The notes below the pieces were generated by a model that saw nothing but the letters and a program-made list of their open reading frames with translations, searched no databases and had not been told where the DNA came from. The translations under genes and the position numbers were made by a program. Positions 13,823 through 27,114 of a DNA stretch of 64,000 bases are shown here, one piece after another; position 1 is the first letter of the stretch, and each line of letters opens with the position of its first letter. Source of the DNA: Tubiluchus corallicola (taxonomy: Eukaryota; Animalia; Priapulida); the NCBI GenBank assembly GCA_030141605.1, contig JAQGDQ010000003.1, positions 744,001-808,000 on the forward strand. Direction: 5' to 3'.

Positions 13823-14348
13823 CTAAACAAATTTGTTAGAAAGCTGAACCGGCGGACTTTGGGAATCCTGAACGTACACCACGTTCAGATTTGTGTTGGT
13901 GAATAAATTCTGGTTAGAGATGGAGACTTGTGCGATTATAGAATTCCTGAAAAGACACAGCGAGAAAGCACCGAACATGTGAAATTCACATGGATATGTA
14001 GTTATTGGGTTCATTATAAGCAATCCCACAAAACTCACAGTGAACGAATTTCTAAAGCTTTTAACGATCAGTAGTAACAATACTTAAAGTCCAGCAACTA
14101 GCAAGACATGTACGACCACCCTATTTGTTCCTAGTTATACATTATCCAGTTTAGCTCTTTTTTTGCAAATGTAAGTAATGTGAAATTTCTTGTGTATGAC
14201 AATTAAAGCAATAAGTATAAAATAGGTTCAAAAGACTTCAAGCACACGGTGGTGCACAAAGCTCACAAAATAAGCCAAAAGTGAAATGAAGTTGAGGTAT
14301 TATGCTACTGTTAAGCTATGAATACAGTCCACCTGCGGTAGTGTTTAC

Positions 14349-14503
14349 CCAGCAAAACATGAAACACATCCCATTAATAATAGATCAAGCTCCTTCGAGT
14401 CCTCTGCAACTCGGCGGTCAGCTTCAGCCGGCTTCTCTAATTTGACAGCAGATTTGAGATTCGATGATGACGTGGTCAGGGAGTTTGAGTAACTCGATAG
14501 CCG
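14349..14503 (-). CDS. Candidate 155-nt internal exon (RLSSYSNSLTTSSSNLKSAVKLEKPAEADRRVAEDSKELDLLLMGCVSCFAG)
   Basis: Strong acceptor attctttctctctgcag|, donor GG|gtaaac, GC-richer than its flanks, and an open phase-0 frame. No homology recognised. Confidence 0.35.
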
Positions 14504-16019
14504 CTGCAGAGAGAAAGAATTTCATATAACGGAAATCAATGTATGGCTATAACATACGCCGAGAATGGTAAATTTAGCAGCTACAGTATTTACTGTGTAA
14601 CCAGGAAAAGTCTTGCAGAGACGCAACTATTTCATCCCACAGAAAAATCATTAATCTTCTCATATATTTAAACAATCCTAGCGTGAACTGTACGAAAGGT
14701 ATGAACTCACATCGAAGCACAGATCCAGTTGTACTACATGTACATAATATGAGTATAGTCACTTAGCGACGCCCGAAATGCAACAATGAACAACGAAAGA
14801 AGGTGTAAAAAATTCGGCCAGAAACGGTCGAATGTGTCTAAGTCGCCATCTAGTTGCAATGGGGCTTTGAGGCCAGCCCACAATCTGGCTACCATAGCAA
14901 AACCTACTACGACGTCGTTGCGTGGCTTTTATGTGATAAAGGAGTAGGTGATAAGTCTCATACACTTTGCCTATGCACGCACATACACTACAAATCTGAC
15001 ATAAAATCGGGCTCACAGAAACTATGCATTCAGAGGAACTGAATAAAACCAAATCATCGCCCATAATACACAAAGTTGCAACTTAACTGAGGTAATAATT
15101 TCAGCCAAAGAAAGAATTTTTGTACAAAGTTGGCTTGGTTTTGCCTTTGGTTCCTTCAAACTGACCCTTTTCTTTTAAATTATGCATTTTCAAATTATTA
15201 AAATTCTGAAATTCTGCACACGGGAAAATCTTAAAAGTGTATGTTTCGTCAAGATCTTCCAGTGTACAAAGATTATGGAAATTAACGCAAGTTGGATGCA
15301 AACTCAGTAATTGATGAAACTGTAAAAACTTAACACCTAAATCTGTTTATCACCATCGCGGCAAATATTTAAATTTACAATACGACATTGTGATCAACAC
15401 AAGGCTTAGTAATTTCGCTGCCTCTCCTTGTATGAAAATTCTAGAAGCAAAGCCAGCAATTTCCAAAGTTCAATAATGAAGTCATGTATCACGTCAATAC
15501 GCATTACTCGCATTACCAACTCATTTTTTATTTATGCATTGTTTACTACGCCAGTCTGCATGTGGTCGTATGCTGATCAAGAGCATCAGGCAAAGTGACA
15601 AATGCAGCAGCCTTGTAAACAACAACGCATCTAACTACAAACAATCAATAACTGAGGTGTCATAAGCAATGCAATAGTTCAGGAATGAGAGCAGAAATGA
15701 CAGGTAAACGTGCTTTCACCCGATATTATACATGTAGGAGGCGATTGAAAAAGCTCTTTGTGTAATTTCTAGCAATGAACATCTCAAACTCAAATTCGTA
15801 TATCCATTTCTAACACCATTTCTTTACTATTTAGCACTACTGGCGTTCCCCAGAACCTGCCACTTCGCAGAATGGCCAAATGACCTACGACATACCCTCA
15901 TTTCAAATAGTGTGCTGAGTAATCTTGCCAAACCTTTCAAACCAGCTAACGTGCTTTCCAAGTGCTTCGTCCAAAACAAAAGGGGCTTCACAGCGTTTTC
16001 TAGAAGCAGGTAAAAATGT

Positions 16020-17010
16020 GCACGCCCATTTCCTAAGTATACTGTCCCACGTTTGGATTTTGGATTCCAGTTGTACAGTACATAATACAGACGTTAAGAC
16101 ACACGCACAAACACAGAGACGGGTGTACACGTTAATTACATGTCATTTTTTGTCAAAAAAAAATTGCAGAGGCTTGCGTAACAAGTACCTTATTACATGG
16201 AGTTGAAAAACAGTCAGAGACTGAATTTAAAGGTTTAGAAGTATTGTACAATTGAGTAATGAAAGTTTTACTCGGTATAAAATTACAAACACTCAATGAA
16301 TTGTGTTATCCTGAGGCTGCATCCCAAGGTTAGAAGACAAAATTTAAGAGAATAGCTGACTACATGAACAAAAAGCTTCGTTCATGGAGCTAACCTGCAA
16401 AGTAATTCCTCGAATTTTAGAGCATTCAATCGGTTTTTTATCACTGTTCGACAAGCAGCCTAAGAACATTAGAAGAGAAAGTCAGACAAAGAGTAGATTC
16501 ATTACTTAATGTTAAATCCCTCCGCAAAACAACATGAAATTTATAAAGTTACCCTTCCAGATGCCCTTAGAATTAGCTTTAGCCGTTTCGTCCTGTCTTC
16601 TCACAGACTAAAAGTTGAGACAGGACGTTGGCATAGGCCCCTATCCCACACGACCAAAGGCTGTGGCCATGCAGTAACGCAGTGCAAGATGAAGAACACG
16701 TTGTTACTTTTTGCGAATTAACAAAATCGGTGAGAGAAAAATAGAACCTAAATTTACGTAACATTCTGTAGTTTCATTATATCGACTCTTTAACCTGTGG
16801 AAAATTCCTAAGCGACATTCCTAATTTATTTATGTCAGTGACAGTTAAGTTACCAAACATTTTGTTATTAAAATTTTATCTGGTTCTTAACATCTTTCTG
16901 AATGTTATGTTAAATTTTTACTGCATTTTTGTTTTATACTTTAACAAAATTTGCATACATGTAATCTTGTTGGTCTTTCTGACAATAAAAATACTACTGC
17001 TACTACTATT
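16020..17010 (+). mobile_element. Degenerate 5'-truncated LINE (RTE/RTEX-like ORF2 C-terminal part with CCHC-type end motif)
   Basis: Translated fragments in order: ACVTSTLLHGVE (compare LLYGxExW), KVLLGIKLQTLNELCYPE, LPDALRISFSRFVLSSHRLKVETGRW, VQDEEHVVTFCELTKSVR. Multiple stops and frameshifts. AATAAA followed by a (CTA)n-like tail at ~16984-17010. The clade assignment is inference. Confidence 0.85.
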
Positions 17011-18067
17011 AATATTATATATACAGTGTGCTCCCAACGTGTTTTATTTATGTGGCAGCAAAATAAAAGACTACTACATGCAGATTTGCAATAAACTAAT
17101 TATTTTGCGTAAGTTTTACGCAAGTGTTAATCTGCCAGCATTTCACTCTTATCAGAAACTTGTCTCAAGACGAAAGAAGTTTCTAATATAACTGAATTTA
17201 CTAATGGAAGGTTTTTCTCGCTGACTAAATATCATTTTTTGCAAAGCTGATTTGAGTATTAACTTGGGTGTATTTCACAGTGAGGCCGCAACGAAAATGA
17301 CGCGCGGGAAAGTTGCTAGAAAATCATAAAATTTTCAGAAAAATGCCGATTTTTTCGCGAAAGCCCATACGGCAAGAATGTTCATTTCACACAGAAACAG
17401 CGAGGTTTTTTACTCGTGTCTGCCTAGCGCAAACTACTTTACCATTCCAGGCTTGCAATTATTACGGACAACGAGGACGACGCGATGTTTTCATGAGTGC
17501 TTACTATTATTACGACAGTATTAATTCCGGGTATATTAGGTGTATCCAGCTAATGAAACAAGACGCAGTGTTCTATGGCCAGTTGAACCTCAAAGCAGCA
17601 TTATTTCTGCTTTTTTTAAACTGATATAAAAATTTTATGCTATAGATGTAATGAAGATGATATGTTTAATAATATTGGACATGGCTTTCATAAATATTTT
17701 AACACAATTATAACAATCTTGGCTACGCTTGTCATCAGGTTACGCTATTAAATGAGAAATAAAAACAATCAAAACCTTGATTATGATTATGGTTATTATG
17801 ATATTGTGCCTTGATATCATATCTTATATCTAACCAAAATTATAAATGAGTGCCCTTTTTAACGTTTCATAAAGACCAAAACAATATCTATGTTATACCT
17901 ATTTATGACGAAAATGGGTCTGTGCTTTTGTGAGGATGAAAAATATAAACATTTCGCTTACAATACACAAAACTGAAGTAAATCTTGTGTTCTGGATTCG
18001 TTTTTCATGAACGACAGGGGTTAATTTGCCAGACAAAGGCTCGCTTGTAGTGTGAGTGCCATCCGAA

Positions 18068-18277
18068 ATGGCTTCATCTGGTAGAATGGCACTGCATCGC
18101 CGTCCAAGTGTGCATCACTGATTCACCAAAAATCACACTATTGATCTAATTGATGTATAAAGCAATTTAAACGTTTGCTTAGCTAGCAAAGAGACTGCTG
18201 CAAATGCTCTGATTATTTTTTAAACTTTACGCAAAGTTATCTAAATTTCTTTCAAACTCCTTATCATCAAAATGGAA
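18068..18277 (+). mobile_element. Dispersed repeat family B, copy 1
   Basis: Shares cactgcatcgcc, tcaccaaaaa, tattgatcta and caaagttatctaaa...tcaaaatgg with 52025-52203, and tttgcttag...aatgctctga with 39998-40080. Confidence 0.75.
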
Positions 18278-21200
18278 TGCGCAGTATTTCTACCAAGTGG
18301 CAAATTTCCTCGTGAGGATGACGCATAGCTTCTAGCTGGCGACAGAATTTCTCACGTGGAATTACACGAGGAAAATGCCTCATAAAGCATCTATGTGAAA
18401 TGTCACAGAAAACAATGTATGCCATTTTCGTCAGAAATGCCGTAAGAAAGTTTTACTCAAGGAATTTTGCCGGCCGGGCGTCAGGGCTGTGAAATGGGCT
18501 TTACGCGTACATGTAGATCTTGTCAAGGTCAATTAGCTGCAACGAGAACTTCCACTTTGCAACCATATATCTCCAAATGCATCAACTACCTTATATCATA
18601 AATACATATTACTGATTCATAAATGTAACCCAACGATACTGCCAGCCGTTGTATATACGCTCTAATACCCTTTAGCGTTAAGTGTTAAAACACGACTGGC
18701 AAGCTTCTTAGAATTTACGAAAACTTATATGTTTGCCTTAAAACAATCTTTATAAATTTAAGTAATCAGTTTTTTGGCTGCACAACACAACAAGATTGCA
18801 ATAATGCCCACAATAAAATATAATCGAGGAAATGATGTGTAAGAACTAATAATTAAGTGACATCATACTCAGTGAGTGAATGGATTAGTCATTATCAACA
18901 TTACTCACTATAATTAACGCTTAAACAATAACTATGACACTCATCGGAGCTTCTGCATTGAAAGAAATCATCGTTAAATTAAGCACTTCCATATACAATA
19001 TTATAAAGACTAAATGTTCGATCGCTGACACAGATTAAGGTAAAATAACCCTTCCCCCAAGATAATTTTTTTAAAAGTTATTAATGTTTGTATACAGTCA
19101 GCGGTTTCGAAAATCTAATGCAAAAATGACTGAACAGAAATATGGCAGCACAAAAGGATGGACCTCATCTGACGTGAGCCGGGAGAGGTACAAAATGAGA
19201 CATAAGTTAAGTCACGAATCATAACAATCCGCTCATTAAAAAGACTCCAAAGTATAAACTCATTACAGTTCACTAAAAATATTTAAAGTACATACTACAA
19301 GACATTATGTAAAATTGTACATTATACTATTTCCGGAATAAGTATTAAGGTAGTCACACTAACAATGTTATCGATGACATAAACAGTGCAACAGCGAAAC
19401 TCAAAATTAACAAGATATTTTCTCAGTATATCTGGGTTAACTAAAATTCGGTAATTAAAGGAACTGAAGTTCCACTATTCCCTAAAAGCATGTCTCTCAA
19501 AATTCCCGGGAAAACTATAAACTATAAAAAACAAGTAGTAACACCCGTAAGTACAAGAAGTAGGCCTACTCTAAAATAAAGTTCAGTAGTAAATTGCACT
19601 TGCAGTTTTTACAATATTATACAGTTTACAAATAAACTCTTTAAAAACGACATTCGTATTACATATCTCTAAAGTTAGTCTTCAACGCCACAATGATGAG
19701 GCATACGGCGTTTAACAAAGCAGCTAAACTGTTCAATTACGCAGATGTTTTTTTAATTGCTGCTGGTAATTAAACTTGTTCTTAGCAAAAAGCAGAAGCA
19801 CTTTATTGCGTCCGATAAATTACCCGACGCAAGTAACCCTATCACTCATCAGAGCTCGAGTCCGCTGCTGCATTAATTGCGCACAATGCTTCATGAATAT
19901 CTTGTTCAACTTAATCATGTTCTTTTATTTAACTATCAAAAAGAGCTGCTGGATTTCTATTCTAGTAATTGTGTTAGTTATCGGGCGAACAGCACTAATT
20001 AGTAACGAGCCGTAATATGCTGGACAATTTCCTGGGCTCTCATTTTCCAGCAAAATCCACGGTGCACAGCGCAGCAGTAAACACTAGGCTGAATTCAATT
20101 TTTCCAGAGCCAATTTGCGGCCGACTATGTACATGTGCTGTGACAATCCGTAATTCAGCAATATGGAAATGAGGCGCAGTCGTGGCTATACTTGAAGCAC
20201 ACACTTCAGCTTGCGTGAGCATACATAGCTTAGAGGCACTGTGACAAATGTACGAGCAGAGATGAAATTTGCTGTGTTGGGCAAATATAAAGGCTGCTCA
20301 GCCAGCGACACAAACTAGAGTCGAGGGAATAGAATCAGCCAATATCAGAAGCATCTCACTGTCTGGGGGCTCAGTTAGACGTGGTGGTGGTGTTGGGGGG
20401 GGGGGGGGGTTAATAAAGGCATCGCTGACAATATCAAAGTAGTAAGTGTAAATATCAAACTCAAACTGATTGACAAAGAGACACTTAACATGTGCGTACT
20501 GGTACAAAATTTGAAAATGCTACGGGAGTAAGAAATGAATCCAGCAAAGAAATTGTTAAAACAATTAATTATTGGTGATTTAGCAAGAAAATTGTACTAG
20601 CAGCCAAGATAACGGTCAGATATTCGCCAGTTTCTACTGACTTTTCGTGTCCAGTTACAGGGCCAGCCGGTGGCTTCCTGGTGGAAGAAACTTTCTCAGC
20701 TCCAAGTCTAGGGATGTGGGCCACTTCGCAGCCAACGTCAACAAAGTGCTTATTTTTGTAACTACTCGAAACAAGTGGGTCTATAAGCACATACAGCAAC
20801 CTGGTCGGAAAGCTAGAGTAACGTAACTCTTGCATTGACAGCTGCTACAGGGAGCCAAAGTCATTTTTATAACTAACCCTGGATGTAATGACGAGTCATT
20901 CGAGTATTTTGCTGATTATATTTGTTTGATCTCACATACGGTAAGGTCAATCAATACTCTTGTTAGATACATATCAAGCTGCCAACTATTACCCACTCCG
21001 CAAAATAAGAAATCGGTACCTTTTGCTGACATTTATTGTAATGGCTCTGTAATTAAAAACCCATGTTTTCGGATATCAAGGGCATATTATAAGAAATCTG
21101 GCCTCTGATAATGAGGATATTACGAGACAGAAATGTCAGCTTACTGCTACAGCAAGCATTGTTATTAGAAACTTTTCATTTTGAAGTAAAGATGTTAAAA

Positions 21201-21819
21201 TACAATTGTTTGAAACTTATCGCACAAGTGTCTATGGTATACCACTGTGGAGAAATTACAATGCATTATGAAAGAACTGAAAGTTACCTATAACAAGTGT
21301 ATAAGAAATCTATTTTCACTGGCCTATGACTGCAGCACTAGCCAAATGTGATATATAAATCTTTATTGCAAAACACTATTGATAATTATAAATTTGATGC
21401 GCGTGAGAACCAAATAAACCTTCTACGTTATACTACTGGTATATAGCTTTATGGATTTATTTATTTATTAACTTATATATCCTTGTATCTGTTACACAAA
21501 ATCAAATGTCCAAAATATAATACGGGGAGAGGGGGCTAACGTGAAGTAGCGGTAGTGACTTCACAGAAGTCAAACTTTATAGAACATACTGTAATGTATT
21601 TTCACAGGTTAAAAATACAGTTTAGTTTTTGTATAATGACATGTCCGATAGTCATTCGCCTAATTTGACATTCCGCAAATTTTACACTGTTTATGTTCGT
21701 GAGCAACGCATCATACATTAGAATCGACTACGTTGACAACTTTTGATGTCAAAAAGCAATTACTTAATCATTGGACATACCTCTCCTACTCAACCTTTAA
21801 CATTTGTGAACATTTTCAT

Positions 21820-22066
21820 ACCTTTCCTTGTTTCCTTGTTTTCTTCTTTCCTTCTTTATTTTCTATTTTCTTTTTCCTTTTCGTTTTTTCTGTCTTTTAT
21901 CTCATCTCTTTTCTTCGCTAATTCTCTACTTGCTCTTTCCTCTCACTTTTCTTTCGTTCTGCATTTCTGTGTTCCTTCTGTCTTCTATTTCTTGCTTTTT
22001 TCCCCTTTTTTCTTCTTAACGTCTTGCTTTTACTCTTGTGTGACTGACTTGTCTTCTTTACATTCC
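21820..22066. repeat. Low-complexity pyrimidine (T/C)-rich tract
   Basis: About 250 bp composed mostly of T and C; accounts for the overlapping Phe/Ser/Leu-rich ORFs. Confidence 0.9.
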
Positions 22067-22696
22067 TAACTACATGCCTCACGTCTCTAATATTCCCCAC
22101 TACAATATTAGTAGTAGTAATAGTATAATTAACTGTAGCAGCTGCAAGAGATGAAAGCTGAGTTTTAATACGGCTGTGCACCCAACTAGCGTTCTTGCGT
22201 GTTGCCTGGCCTCTCAAAGGCTTCAGTCAAAAGCGAACTCAGCACACTATGGTTTCTTCTACGCGAATTAATGACTCCACTGCGAAATAGTAATAACGCT
22301 TAGCGCCCGCAGAAATACATCACACATTTTGGCTTCAGTAGGCGAAAATCGCAAAACGCAACAGGGCAACGTTGACACACAATTGATTTGTTTAACACCG
22401 ACCGCCTGTAAAAGCTCCAGTCGATTAAACTAAAACCTGTTGTTGTTTTTGGAGGGGGCGTGAGTGAACAGCGTACACACATAATCTTGTGGGTACACAC
22501 ACAATAATGCAGCTGATGGTCAAAACGAATTTCAATGTAAAGACAATAAGAAAAATACGTAAGGAAGAGCTTTACAAAATCAATTGTATTCATACAGCGT
22601 AAACCCGAAGTGCTTATTTTCTTTAAATCTAGAACCATGCATTCTGTGGTATAAATGAGACATTGTACAATGATGCATGGTTTCTTAATACCTTAC

Positions 22697-22797
22697 CCGC
22701 GCGGCACTTAAACGGAAAGAGAAGACTCCTATGCTAGCACTATCTTGTACCCCTCCACCAAGTTTGCTTGGCGTTGATGTAGCACAGCGTTTGAGAC
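22697..22797 (-). CDS. Candidate 101-nt internal exon (xLKRCATSTPSKLGGGVQDSASIGVFSFRLSAAR)
   Basis: Acceptor ttatttatttgcattag|, donor CGG|gtaagg, open phase 1 to 0 frame inside ORF 22685-22903. No homology recognised. Confidence 0.3.
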
Positions 22798-23619
22798 CTA
22801 ATGCAAATAAATAATCCCACTGCTGTTCAAGGTCAATGTCAAGATACCCCAATGCTTTGACCCTGACCTTTCTCTTCACTAGTACTGCAGCTCCATGTGC
22901 CAAGTTGATTTGCTTTGTCTCACTAGTGCTAAAGATTTAAATGAGAAATATACGAACAGAAAGGCCCAAACTTTTTACAAGACAAGGTTATAGCGGACCT
23001 ATGATATATAAATGATATATAAATATAACCTCCAACAATTTCCTTCACCAATCCTATTTTCCAAGTCAAACATACGTAGTGACTCTTCCAGACTTTCACT
23101 CCCTTCACTCCCTAGTACCCATAGCCACGTGATGGCGCACCAAGTTAGAAAAGCTTGATCTTAAGAAGCTTTGGCGGCAAAACGTTTGGACAGAAGAAAA
23201 GAACATAAAACAGGGCGCCGTACACGACCAAGAACAGGCTCGGGCTTTTAACCCTGTAACGACAGTCCAGATTTGATATTTTGCTTCTAATTATTCAAGT
23301 GATATTTTACTTCTAATCGAGTTTTTTGCAAAAGCCGATTAATGGACTAGCAATCTAGCAGCACATGTATGCAAATTACTAGCTGAATAATTAATTATGC
23401 TCACGACGTAATAAGTGCGCTTCGCATTTTACGGAGTATAGAGCTTCTGGGCATAGTTAATCGATCCACCATTTCCAGAAAAGTAACTCAAGCAAAACTC
23501 CGAACATAGAAAACTACAACGAGCAGAGCAGATATGCACGGCTAATTCTACTCAACATTACCATTCACATTTACACTGTCACACTTAGTTGAGATTTCCA
23601 CAACATATCAGTTTTTACA

Positions 23620-23721
23620 TAGCTTTTATTTAAAAAATCCGGTAATTTTCAGTGTATAACATGAAACGTTGAGTAGCTTTTATTTAAAAAAATCAGTAAT
23701 TTTCAGTGTATAGCATGAAAC
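23620..23721. repeat. Local direct duplication, ~48 bp x2
   Basis: tagcttttatttaaaaaatccggtaattttcagtgtataacatgaaac (23620-23667) recurs with a few changes at 23674-23721. Confidence 0.9.
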
Positions 23722-23745
23722 ACATAAGAACAAAGGATGAGTGTT

Positions 23746-23794
23746 CGCGCGCGCGCGCGTGTGTGTGTGTTGTGTGTGTGTGTTGTGTGTGTGT

Positions 23795-23826
<32 letters not shown>

Positions 23827-23841
23827 CGTGCGTGTGCGTGT
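23746..23841. repeat. Compound (CG)n/(TG)n microsatellite
   Basis: A (CG)7 run, an interrupted TG run, then mixed CG/TG; alternating purine-pyrimidine for most of its length. Confidence 0.95.
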
Positions 23842-26800
23842 CCCAACGAGCGAGCAAGAGACAGAGAGAAGGGGAAGAGAATTGACAAATCTATTGGAAG
23901 TCTTTATAAAAAACATTAGCAATATTTAGCATGTAATATATGGCCACAAACGTAAGAACGTACATATAGCATAAGCAATAACTTATGCTAAAAAACAACG
24001 TGCAACTGCAATTGTTGATTTAATATTAGCAATTCAGTTTTGTCGCGACATCAAAGAAACGGCTTCACATTGGACGTCTCCATTGTTCCACAGGGACTAA
24101 AATACAGAAACATCGAGGTGCGACAGAATCTAATAAAACCTTTCTGTTAGTCAGTTTGATTTAACCAAATGGATTAGCATTTAAAACGCAACAAGCCGCG
24201 ATTGCAACACGGCAGCGAAAGAACAAAAATTGCAACTCATGTGGGAATGTCGCGTGTGACCCATTTTAAAAATTACCATTCTCGTCCGAAATCAGTTTAT
24301 TTTTCATAGTTAGATAAAATTTCGACGAAAACTAGGTAGCAGGTGGTAATGAAATAATGTATTTAATGCTTATATGGTGCGATAATCGTCCACTGCGTAA
24401 ATGGGACTACTATGTCATTTTTGTGCTAAGGATTTAACATTTAGCAATAATCAGTCCACAAAATCCATACTAACCAAATGTTTTTCAATGGACAAAAAAA
24501 CCAAAAAAACTAAACAACCGACAAAGATGGATTTGTGGAAGAACTTTTCCAAAAGCGAAATTGTTAACAAGGAAATAAAAAGCTATTACCACTCATGAAA
24601 ATAACTACTTTATATGCATAATACATGTTTTGCTAAATGAGAAATTAACGGCACCTACAGAGGCCATCACAAACAAAACCTAATTAATGCCATCTAACAA
24701 GACAGTCTTCACCAATCGTCGATAGTGCATGAGCAATCCGGGTAGTTTTCACCTTTGGGACAACTGTGAGTTAAAATAATCCCGCCTACAGCCACAGTAT
24801 ATGTGGGAAACAAAAGGTCAATTGCTTTTCTCCACACAATAGCGAGCTATCCAAATCTCTCTCTCTTCAGTTTTTATAGAACTAGAAAGAAGATGGCAAT
24901 AACATAACGTTTAAGATATTATCGCAATTTTTTAAATCATAACCAATAAATTTGTATCATTAACGGTTTTTAACAGCAAACAATGAATATCTCTGCTCTC
25001 TCAAGGATACAATCTCCCGTGCAACGCATTGACGATAATACCTCTCTGTGTACCGTAGCGCCTCGCGGTACATAGCTACACTGTACACAGCGATAACAGT
25101 GATGAGGAGGGGGTTACGCAGCGTTATGCACGAACGTCCCACATAGTGTTTTTCTGTGCTGTCTGATAGTCTAATATAATATAATTTGCAATCTGATTTT
25201 CAAGTATTATTTTACTTAGCTGTTGTGTGTTTTCATTTTCAAAATGATCTGCATTAGCAAGCTTATCCATTTGCCATTAAATCGCGCGTTATCAAAGCAT
25301 ATATTAAGTGATTCTTCTCACTATATGTAAGCGTGTAAATCCCACCGTTCTCTGCCTTGGATCCTCGTTCATGTAAACAAACTCTATGGGCCAGTTTTGC
25401 TTCACCCTTTATCAAGTAGATCTGCATGCGACTTTTTTCTAAGCGGTAGCACCATGGGCAGCACCTTGAACCACCTTCTACTTCGTTTTCTAACATGGCG
25501 TTTTTCAATTTCGTCCGACGGACCGCATTTGTCACTTTTTGCCTGAAAATGCTCGCAACTTGGTGCTGCTTAGCTTCGCGGTAGTTATAGCACCGGTAAA
25601 ACTTATGTTCGGAATACATTTTCTAATTATAACAAAATGTAATCTTTGGGAACAGTCAATGGTACTTATTGCCCACACAATTTAAACAGCACTCACCTCA
25701 ACATAGGCAAACTGTGAACAGCAGGACCGTTCAGTTTATTAATTGGTCCTCAAGTTTTTATACAACAAGTAATACTTGAGAGCATTCTATAATTATGACA
25801 GTGAGAATTTTGAAAGCTCTCTCAGTTCATCGTACTGAGAAAAAAACCAGACACTCATTCCAAGCGAGTATTGTGTTTACAGAACTTAGGATGATAACTG
25901 ATAGAAGTTATTACGGGTTTATTCAACAACAATTTCCATCTCAAACAGTCATTACACTGATGGAGGTTATACAAAGGACGAATTTGTCTAAATGAGCAAC
26001 ACACTGAAAGTATACTGAGCAATTAGAGACTAGAATAAACCATGAAAGCACTCATGCAACAAAAAGAATAATATTACAGTCACAAGTAAACTGCTGATTG
26101 TGTAAAGAAAGCAGGTAATTTTAGCCATGAAACAAAACACCTGATCACAGAAAAAATACAAAGCAACGAAACATTTTAAACCAAATGCTGTAAAAAACCA
26201 AAACCTATTTAAGCGAGATAACTTCATTAAGGCGAAAAATGTCAGAACTACTCGACATGTTTATAAATCTTAAAACATTCCTGACATTTCTAATTTCTTG
26301 AAATTTTCTTCTCGTTCTTTATCAATCTACTGATAATATTCCCAAATGCACAGGTTCTTTGGTAGCTGCCGATTCACCAGCGGTTTTGCAACAAATTAAG
26401 TTCAATTCCGTATCTAACCCACAGGAAATTAGAAATGTGGTGTTTTTTGTTGTTGTTGTTGCGTAATTAAACCTCAAGACGAAGTAATTTAAAACCAATA
26501 TAATACAAAAATTACTCGTAAGGAAAACTGTGGAAGGTTTTCACTTTCAGGGTTGACTTTGAATATCAAATATTGCACGTTAACTGAGGTGACAGCAATG
26601 ACGTCACATTTCTGAAGTGATGACTTCATATAATATGACATGTTGTAACACTCTCAGTGTGTCTTCTGGGGGATTTTCCACGTCTCTTCTGATAATTTAT
26701 AACATTCTCTTTGTGTTTTTTCATCTACAGTTTGATATATTACACTTACAAAAGTGATTTACAAGTGAGTAATGATTGCAAAATTCATTTGATAAGTCTA

Positions 26801-27114
26801 GTTCACCTAGTTTACTTAATTCTTCTTATAATAATTTATTATCAATATGGCCACCTACTAGAAGATGTACATATTCTGCATTACGATCTTTGACTTCTAT
26901 TATAACTTTCACCTTGACTTTTACCGGGGTCAACAGGTTTGAGTCTGAACCCAAGTGGTACGTTATGCAAAGAGTAATCCAAAACTGACTTTACATTCGA
27001 AAAATTATTTCGGCTTTGTCCGTTGATATACCATAACCTAAAAATGACCTTGACCTAACGCGCAGCAGTAACAAATTGTGTGCTCGCACATTATAACCCG
27101 CTGCTAAAAGTGCT

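Noticed and set aside
17658-17710. tgatatgtttaataatattgg, resembling miR-190, with a weak AT hairpin
   Set aside because: Several mismatches to the mature sequence, poor AT-only pairing, and no sign of the usual talin host exons.
20381-20409. G-rich run as a functional G-quadruplex (also G runs near 46675 and 55407)
   Set aside because: Simple homopolymer runs with no supporting context.
21733-22217. Phe/Ser/Leu-rich and Lys/Arg-rich ORFs (also 34240-34519)
   Set aside because: Pyrimidine-rich low-complexity tracts lack stop codons by composition.
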